A model generated the notes under the pieces. The model was not told the origin of the DNA. It was given only the letters and a program-made list of their open reading frames with translations, and searched no databases. The position numbers and the translations under genes are program-made. DNA of 32,000 bases from Candidatus Electronema halotolerans (GTDB taxonomy: Bacteria; Desulfobacterota; Desulfobulbia; Desulfobulbales; Desulfobulbaceae): positions 2,040,001 through 2,072,000 of the forward strand of contig OW818675.1 of the NCBI GenBank assembly GCA_942493095.1, given 5' to 3'. Within the stretch, counting starts at the first letter, position 1, and the number at the start of each line of letters is the position of its first letter. Shown here in pieces: positions 26,632-32,000 of the stretch.

Positions 26632-27177
26632 ATGGACAAACGAAGAGGCAGGAAAAGTTCGCAGCAGGAAGTCAGAGTCAAAATCAACGAAGATATCCGC
26701 TATCCTGAAGTCCGCCTGCTTGGTGAAAACGGAGAGCAGCTCGGCCTTGTTTCCGCTGCCAAGGCACGGCAGCTCGCTGCCGAGCAAGGGTTGGACTTGG
26801 TGGAAATCTCGGACAAGGCCACGCCGCCGGTCTGCAAGATGATGAATTATGACAAGTACCGGTATGAACTGAAAAAAAAGCAGCAGGAAGCAAAAAAGAA
26901 GCAGACGGTCGTTGATGTCAAGGAGATTAAGTTCCGCCCCAAGACCGAGGAGCATGATCTTGATTTCAAGATTAAAAACATCCTCAAATTTGTTGAAAAG
27001 AAAAGCAAGGTCAAAATAACCATGCAGTTCCGGGGCCGGGAGATCGTTCATGCCCAGACCGTGGGCCGGGAGGCTATGAGAAAGATCGCGGATGCCCTGC
27101 GCGAGGACTGCGTCATTCTTCAAGAACCGACAATGGAAGGCCGGTTCATGATCATGTTTGTCGGCCCCAAGCCCTGA
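26632..27177 (+). CDS. infC: translation initiation factor IF-3
   Basis: [23 protein letters not shown] and a typical IF-3 C-terminal domain. Sits in thrS-infC-rpmI-rplT synteny. Confidence 0.9.
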   Translation: MDKRRGRKSSQQEVRVKINEDIRYPEVRLLGENGEQLGLVSAAKARQLAAEQGLDLVEISDKATPPVCKMMNYDKYRYELKKKQQEAKKKQTVVDVKEIKFRPKTEEHDLDFKIKNILKFVEKKSKVKITMQFRGREIVHAQTVGREAMRKIADALREDCVILQEPTMEGRFMIMFVGPKP

Positions 27178-27254
27178 ATATCTCATCGCAGCAATACGAA
27201 ATCAGCGCGGACAGGGTGTTTGTCGCTCTGTTGCAGCGCAGCAAGGAGCATATC

Positions 27255-27452
27255 ATGCCTAAAATGAAAACCAACCGGGCCGCAGCCAAGCGTTTCAAGC
27301 TCACCGCCAGCGGCAAAGTCCGTTACGGCAAGTCCTTTGGCTCGCATATTCTGACCAGCAAAAACGCCAAACGGAAACGGCGGCTGCGTCAGTCTGCCAT
27401 CCTGTCCGCAGTTGATACCAAAGCAGTGCGGCGGATGCTGCCTTATCAGTAA
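27255..27452 (+). CDS. rpmI: 50S ribosomal protein L35
   Basis: [22 protein letters not shown]..., with AAGGAG RBS upstream of ATG at 27255. Confidence 0.93.
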   Translation: MPKMKTNRAAAKRFKLTASGKVRYGKSFGSHILTSKNAKRKRRLRQSAILSAVDTKAVRRMLPYQ

Positions 27453-27491
27453 TTCTGAACGAATTTTCAGCAAGAACGGAGTGCAATCACC

Positions 27492-27857
27492 ATGCCACGC
27501 GTCACACGCGGGTTTAAAGCCCGCCGGAGAAGAAATAAGGTCCTGCAATTGGCCAAAGGCTATCGGGGCGGCAGAAGCCGTCTCTTCCGCACTGCTGCGG
27601 AAGCGGTTGACCGCGCCCTTTGCTATGCCTATCGCGACCGCCGTACCAATAAGCGTAATTTCCGTGCGTTGTGGATCACCCGCATCAGCGCGGCTGCCAA
27701 GCTGAACGGCACCAGTTACAACAAGCTGATGCACGGTTTCAAGCAGGCCGGGATTGAGCTGGACCGCAAGGTGCTGTCCAATCTGGCCATTGTTGATCCT
27801 GCCGCCTTCAGCGCGCTGGTGAAAAAATCTCTCGGACAGCAGGAAGCGACTGCCTGA
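27492..27857 (+). CDS. rplT: 50S ribosomal protein L20
   Basis: [35 protein letters not shown]... Confidence 0.95.
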   Translation: MPRVTRGFKARRRRNKVLQLAKGYRGGRSRLFRTAAEAVDRALCYAYRDRRTNKRNFRALWITRISAAAKLNGTSYNKLMHGFKQAGIELDRKVLSNLAIVDPAAFSALVKKSLGQQEATA

Positions 27858-28864
27858 TGGAAGAAACGCTGCGCAAGCTGCGGACGGAAGCGGAAGCGGC
27901 TCTGGGCGCGGTCAGCAAGCTGGCCGGGCTGGAGGAAGTCCGGGTCAAATATCTGGGCCGCAAGGGGCTGCTGGCCGAGGCCATGAAGCAGCTCGGCAAA
28001 GCTGCCCCGGCAGACCGGCCCCGCTTGGGCCAAGTTGCCAATGCGGTCAAGCAGGACGTGGAGAGCCTTTTTCAGGCTAAAAAAGAGGCTCTGGAGGCTG
28101 GCAGCCAGCCGGTCAAGCAGATGCTTGATCTCAGCCTGCCTGGCCGCTTTGTTCCTGTTGGCAAGCTCCATCCTGTCACCCAGGTGATGGAGGAAATCTG
28201 CGCTGTTTTTGAAGGCATGGGTTTTGCTGTGGCTGAAGGCCCGGATGTGGAGACCGATTATTACAATTTCGAGGCTCTCAACATCCCGGCCCATCATCCG
28301 GCCAGAGACATGCACGACACCTTTTATGTGTCTGATTCTCTCCTCCTGCGCACCCACACCTCGACCATGCAGGCGCGGATCATGGAAAAGCAGGAGCCGC
28401 CTCTGCGCTATATCGCGCCGGGCAAGGTCTATCGCTGCGATTCTGACATCACCCACACCCCGATGTTTCATCAGGTCGAGGGCTTTCTCGTTGACCGCCA
28501 AGTTTCTTTTGCTGATCTGAAAGGAGTCTTGGGACTCTTCTCCCGCCGTATTTTTCAGGGTGATCTGCCCCTGCGCTTCCGACCCAGCTTTTTTCCCTTC
28601 ACTGAACCCAGCGCAGAGGTTGACATTGCCTGCGTGATCTGCAAAGGCGCAGGCTGCCGGGTCTGCAAGCAGACTGGCTGGATTGAAATTCTTGGCGCGG
28701 GCATGATTGACCCGGAAGTCATGAACATGGTCGGTTATGACCCGGAGCAGTTCTCCGGCTTTGCCTTTGGTCTTGGCGTGGAACGCATCGCCATGCTCAA
28801 GTACGGCATTGATGACATCCGCATGTATTACGAGAACGATCTGCGGTTTCTCAGGCAGTTCTGA
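27857..28864 (+). CDS. pheS: phenylalanine--tRNA ligase alpha subunit
   Basis: 335 aa with class II motifs (…[11 protein letters not shown]…, …[16 protein letters not shown]…, …[14 protein letters not shown]…). The start overlaps the rplT stop (TGATG). Confidence 0.95.
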   Translation: MEETLRKLRTEAEAALGAVSKLAGLEEVRVKYLGRKGLLAEAMKQLGKAAPADRPRLGQVANAVKQDVESLFQAKKEALEAGSQPVKQMLDLSLPGRFVPVGKLHPVTQVMEEICAVFEGMGFAVAEGPDVETDYYNFEALNIPAHHPARDMHDTFYVSDSLLLRTHTSTMQARIMEKQEPPLRYIAPGKVYRCDSDITHTPMFHQVEGFLVDRQVSFADLKGVLGLFSRRIFQGDLPLRFRPSFFPFTEPSAEVDIACVICKGAGCRVCKQTGWIEILGAGMIDPEVMNMVGYDPEQFSGFAFGLGVERIAMLKYGIDDIRMYYENDLRFLRQF

Positions 28865-28867
28865 CAA

Positions 28868-29101
28868 ATGGCTGTTTTGATTGAGCTGCCGGAACACCAA
28901 GCAGCTTTGCTCAAACAATACTGCCATGAGGCGCAAATCAGCGAGGCAGAGGCAGTCGGACAAGCCTTGACCCAGTTTTTGGCGCGGATAGTGCAGAAAC
29001 CCCGCCGTATTTTGCGTGAACACCCGGCTTTTGGGCTTTGGCGGGACAAGCAGCAGGACGGACTGGCTTACCAACGGCATCTGCGTGATGAACGGCCTTG
29101 A
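28868..29101 (+). CDS. ribbon-helix-helix VapB-type antitoxin
   Basis: 77 aa, starting 4 nt after the pheS stop. The C-terminal ...HPAFGLWRDKQQDGLAYQRHLRDE is the motif I associate with RHH antitoxins paired with PIN toxins. Confidence 0.7.
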   Translation: MAVLIELPEHQAALLKQYCHEAQISEAEAVGQALTQFLARIVQKPRRILREHPAFGLWRDKQQDGLAYQRHLRDERP

Positions 29102-29134
29102 ACAGGCGGACGAGGAGTATCAGCGTATAAGCAG

Positions 29135-29364
29135 GTTTATATCAGCCTGATCACTTGGATGGAAGTGATGGTCGGCGCAAAGGAAGGCGACAGGCTGACA
29201 GAGGATTTTCTGCGGATGTATTTTGTTGTGCTGCCCCCATCACTCAAGACATTGCCGAACAGGCCGTGATTCAAGCCACCGCGTAAAAGCACAACGCCCT
29301 TCTGGTGACGCGCAACACTCGCGATTTTCCTCCCAGCTCCGACTGTGTGCGGATTCCATACTAA
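29135..29364 (+). pseudogene. decayed PIN-domain toxin (vapC remnant)
   Basis: Frame 1 reads VYISLITWMEVMVGAKEGDRLTEDFLRMYFVVLP. After a frameshift it reads IAEQAVIQATA-stop-KHNALLVTRNTRDFPP...IPY-stop. The N-terminal DTN region is missing, with an internal stop and a frameshift. Confidence 0.55.
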
Positions 29365-29388
29365 CATGATCAGTGCAGTAGAAATATT

Positions 29389-29482
29389 ATGAAATTAACC
29401 CTGACTTGGCTTGGCCAATATATTTTTCTTGATGGCCTGTCCGCAGCGCAGCGCGCTGACCATGCTCGGCTTGGAGGTGGAG
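29389..29482 (+). pseudogene. diverged duplicate of the pheT 5' end (frameshifted by an 8-nt gap)
   Basis: ATGAAATTAACCCTGACTTGGCTTGGCCAATATATTTTTCTTGATGGCCTGTCCGCAGC... aligns to 30062-30163 at about 84/93 identities plus an 8-nt gap. It reads MKLTLTWLGQYIFLDGLSAAQ, then goes out of frame and stops at 29512. Confidence 0.8.
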
Positions 29483-29530
29483 ACAGTTCGGACTGCAAAA
29501 ATTCAGTTGATTAAATAATTACGGCATGTC

Positions 29531-29818
29531 ATGCGGCTGAAGTTTGAATGGGATGAAAATAAAAATGCGGTCAATATTCGCAAGCACAAGATTGACTTCG
29601 AGGACATTCCAGAACTTTTTCAAAAGCCGATGCTTATTGATTATGATGGCAGGCAGAATTACGGTGAAGAACGTTGGCTTGGAATAGGGTTGCTGCATAA
29701 CGTGGCAGTAGCTGTGGTATTTACAGAACGCGGTGAAAGCACAATTCGAATAATTTCAGCACGAAAAGCAACAAAAGAAGAGCGGCGGCAATATGACGAA
29801 AGAATCTTCCAAAACTGA
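29531..29818 (+). CDS. brnT: BrnT-family (DUF497) ribonuclease toxin
   Basis: FEWDENKNAVNIRKHKIDFED...EERW...IRIISARKATKEERRQY. Confidence 0.85.
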   Translation: MRLKFEWDENKNAVNIRKHKIDFEDIPELFQKPMLIDYDGRQNYGEERWLGIGLLHNVAVAVVFTERGESTIRIISARKATKEERRQYDERIFQN

Positions 29819-30065
29819 CTGGGCAGCTCTGGAAAACATGACAGATGCGGAAATAGATTTTTCTGATATTTCACGTCTGCCAAAGGCATTTTTTGAACGA
29901 GCTGAACTATGGCAGCCGAAAAATAAAGTGAATGTCACAGTGGCAATAGACGAGGACCTGCTGCAATGGTTTAAAGCAGCAAGCGATGACTGGGAAGGAA
30001 GAATGCAGGCCGCATTACGTCTGTATGTTGAAACACATAAGGCATTCAGTTCCACACGCCCATGA
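29793..30065 (+). CDS. brnA: BrnA-family (DUF4415-like) antitoxin
   Basis: TDWAALENMTDAEIDFSDI...KVNVTVAIDEDLLQWFKA...MQAALRLYV. It overlaps brnT by 26 nt, and its TGA overlaps the pheT ATG (ATGA at 30062-30065). Confidence 0.8.
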   Translation: MTKESSKTDWAALENMTDAEIDFSDISRLPKAFFERAELWQPKNKVNVTVAIDEDLLQWFKAASDDWEGRMQAALRLYVETHKAFSSTRP

Positions 30066-32000
30066 AATTCACCCTGATTTGGCTTGGCCAATATATTTCT
30101 CTTAACGGCCTGTCCGCAGCACAGCTTGCCGACCGCCTGACCATGCTCGGCTTGGAGGTGGAAGCGGTGCAGAAGCTGTACGCCGGGCTGGAGGCGGTCA
30201 AGACCGCAAAAGTTCTGTCCGTGCAGAAGCATCCTAATGCTGACCGGCTGACCTTGTGCGACGTGGAGGTCGGCGGGCAAATCCTGCCTGTTGTCTGCGG
30301 CGCGCCCAATGTCCGAGCTGGATTAGTGACCGCCATTGCCCTGCCCGGCGCAAAGCTGCCTGACGGCCTGACGATCAAAAAAGCCAAGGTGCGCGGCCAA
30401 GTTTCCGAGGGAATGCTTTGCTCGTGGAAAGAACTGGGCATCAGCGAGGCCAGCTCCGGCATTGTTGAGCTGGATGCCGCCTTGGCATCCGGCCAACCCC
30501 TGCGCGAGGCTCTCGGCCTGCACGACACGATGGTCGAAGTTGATCTCACGCCGAATCGGGCCGACTGCGCCAGTGTGCTGGGCATTGCCCGCGAAGTGAG
30601 CGGAGTTACAGGCCAGCAGGTCTGCCGTCCTGTAACAACCTTGCCCGATTTGTCTCAACCTGCTGAATTCACGGTTGCTATTGACGAGCCGCAGCTCTGT
30701 CCTCGCTATGCGGCCCGCAGACTGACTGACGCGACGATCAAGCCGTCGCCGTGGTGGCTCCAGCGGCTGCTCTTGGCAGTTGGAATGCGTCCGATCAACA
30801 ACATTGTTGACATCACCAACTTTGTCATGCTGGAGTATGGCCAGCCGCTTCATGCCTTTGATTATGCGAAGATTGCAGGCAAAGGCATTGTGGTTCGGCA
30901 GCCCAAGGCGGATGAGAGCAAGTTCACCACCTTGGACGGCAGCGAGCGCAGTCTTGAGCCGGACATGCTCCTGATTTGTGATCAGGAAAAGCCGGTGGCA
31001 ATGGCCGGGGTCATGGGCGGTCTCAATTCCGAGGTGACAGATGGAACCACGGATATTCTCCTCGAATCGGCCTGCTTTGATCCGGTTTCCATCCGCCGCA
31101 CCGCCCGCCGGCTCAATCTCGCCTCAGAGGCATCCTACCGCTTTGAGCGCGGTGTCAACCCGGACGGCGTGACCGAGGCTCTGGAACGTGCTGCGCAGCT
31201 TATCTGTGAGCTGGCTGGAGCGCAGGCTGCGGACGGCGTTGATTTGTATCCCGGCAAAAAAAAGCTGCTTCAGCTTGAACTGCGGGTGCAGCGGGTCAAC
31301 AACTTGCTCGGCACTGATCTCAGCAGTGGGCAGGTTGCCGCCTGTCTGCGCGGGATTGAATTTGCTGTGGAAGAAGACGGCGAATTGCTGCGCGTGACTG
31401 TGCCAGCCTTCCGCATTGACATTGAACGCGAAGCTGATTTGATCGAGGAAGTGGCCCGCTTGGTCGGCTACAACGAGATTCCGGTCACGCTGCCCAAGAT
31501 GGCAATGGACTGCCCGCAGCCTGCACCGCTCCGCCAACTCCGCAAAAAGATTGCGGCGGCAATGACCGGCCTCGGCTTTTACGAGGCAGTCAATTACTCC
31601 TTTGTCAGCAAAAAGCATAACGACTGGCTCAACTTGGCTGCTGCTGATTCCCGCAGGCAGCAGGTGGAGCTGCTCAATCCTCTCAGTGAAGATCAGGCCG
31701 TGCTGCGCACCATGCTCCTGTCCGGCCTCTTGGACAATGTCCGCCGCAACATCAGCTTTCAGCAGACCGATGTCCGCCTTTTTGAGGTGGGCAAAGTCTT
31801 CGCCTTCACCGCTCCGGGCCAGCAGCCTGTTGAGCGGCACCAGCTCTGCGCCGTGATCAGCGGCAGCCGTTATCCAGAGGCCAGCCCGCTCTATTTTTCC
31901 AGCCAAGAGAGTGATATCTTCGACCTGAAAGGTGCAATGCAGGCTTTGCTTCGGGAACTGCGGCTGGAAGCAGCAGTCAGTTTCGCAGCTTCAGAAGGTC
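30062..32000 (+). CDS. pheT: phenylalanine--tRNA ligase beta subunit (5' part; runs off the right edge)
   Basis: I translated the frame by eye from 30062 to ~31500 with no stop and assume it stays open to the window end. It is not in the ORF track (no in-window stop). It reads MKFTLIWLGQYISLNGLSAAQLADRLTMLGLEVEAV...KHPNADRLTLCDVEVGG...VRGQVSEGMLCS...FRIDIEREADLIEEVARLVGYNEIP. Confidence 0.9.
   Translation, partial: MKFTLIWLGQYISLNGLSAAQLADRLTMLGLEVEAVQKLYAGLEAVKTAKVLSVQKHPNADRLTLCDVEVGGQILPVVCGAPNVRAGLVTAIALPGAKLPDGLTIKKAKVRGQVSEGMLCSWKELGISEASSGIVELDAALASGQPLREALGLHDTMVEVDLTPNRADCASVLGIAREVSGVTGQQVCRPVTTLPDLSQPAEFTVAIDEPQLCPRYAARRLTDATIKPSPWWLQRLLLAVGMRPINNIVDITNFVMLEYGQPLHAFDYAKIAGKGIVVRQPKADESKFTTLDGSERSLEPDMLLICDQEKPVAMAGVMGGLNSEVTDGTTDILLESACFDPVSIRRTARRLNLASEASYRFERGVNPDGVTEALERAAQLICELAGAQAADGVDLYPGKKKLLQLELRVQRVNNLLGTDLSSGQVAACLRGIEFAVEEDGELLRVTVPAFRIDIEREADLIEEVARLVGYNEIPVTLPKMAMDCPQPAPLRQLRKKIAAAMTGLGFYEAVNYSFVSKKHNDWLNLAAADSRRQQVELLNPLSEDQAVLRTMLLSGLLDNVRRNISFQQTDVRLFEVGKVFAFTAPGQQPVERHQLCAVISGSRYPEASPLYFSSQESDIFDLKGAMQALLRELRLEAAVSFAASEG

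Overview
Chromosomal window, about 55-60% GC by eye. Gene content suggests an anaerobic, Desulfobacterota-like host (anaerobic-pathway cbiD, lpxI, Memo-like gene), but that is inference only. Most of it is housekeeping: ampG (partial), cysS, a Memo-like gene, an exported truncated haemoglobin, cbiA, ilvD, a HesB-like gene, ligA, a 4-OT tautomerase, lpxI-lpxA-fabZ, cbiD, tadA, an ADSL-family lyase, tRNA-Val and thrS-infC-rpmI-rplT-pheS-pheT. An accessory segment of about 8 kb lies between cbiD and tRNA-Ser(GGA). It holds a heptamer-repeat palindrome, an IS630 element inserted in a small antitoxin-like gene, a decayed AbrB-like gene, an overlapping 133-aa/HNH gene pair, two tandem secreted DUF1566 genes (173 and 1244 aa) and an M48 lipoprotein peptidase.

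Main findings:
1. The two DUF1566 genes end in the same 126-nt cassette. Its 25 differences fall almost only on codon positions 1 and 2 of NNC/NNT codons, next to an invariant GC-rich 3' block. This is the signature of diversity-generating retroelement (DGR) variable regions. No reverse transcriptase, template repeat or Avd is present in the window.
2. The pheS-pheT junction carries a vapB plus decayed vapC module and a brnT/brnA module. The brnTA module is flanked by a diverged direct duplication of the pheT 5' end, and the brnA stop overlaps the pheT start.
3. ilvD loses homology inside its IlvD/Edd signature-2 motif, exactly where a convergent NYN/PIN-like gene ends, which suggests a deletion junction.
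4. The truncated haemoglobin carries a signal peptide.
5. The 1244-aa protein contains an in-frame module of about 30-38% GC.

No CRISPR array or rRNA was seen.
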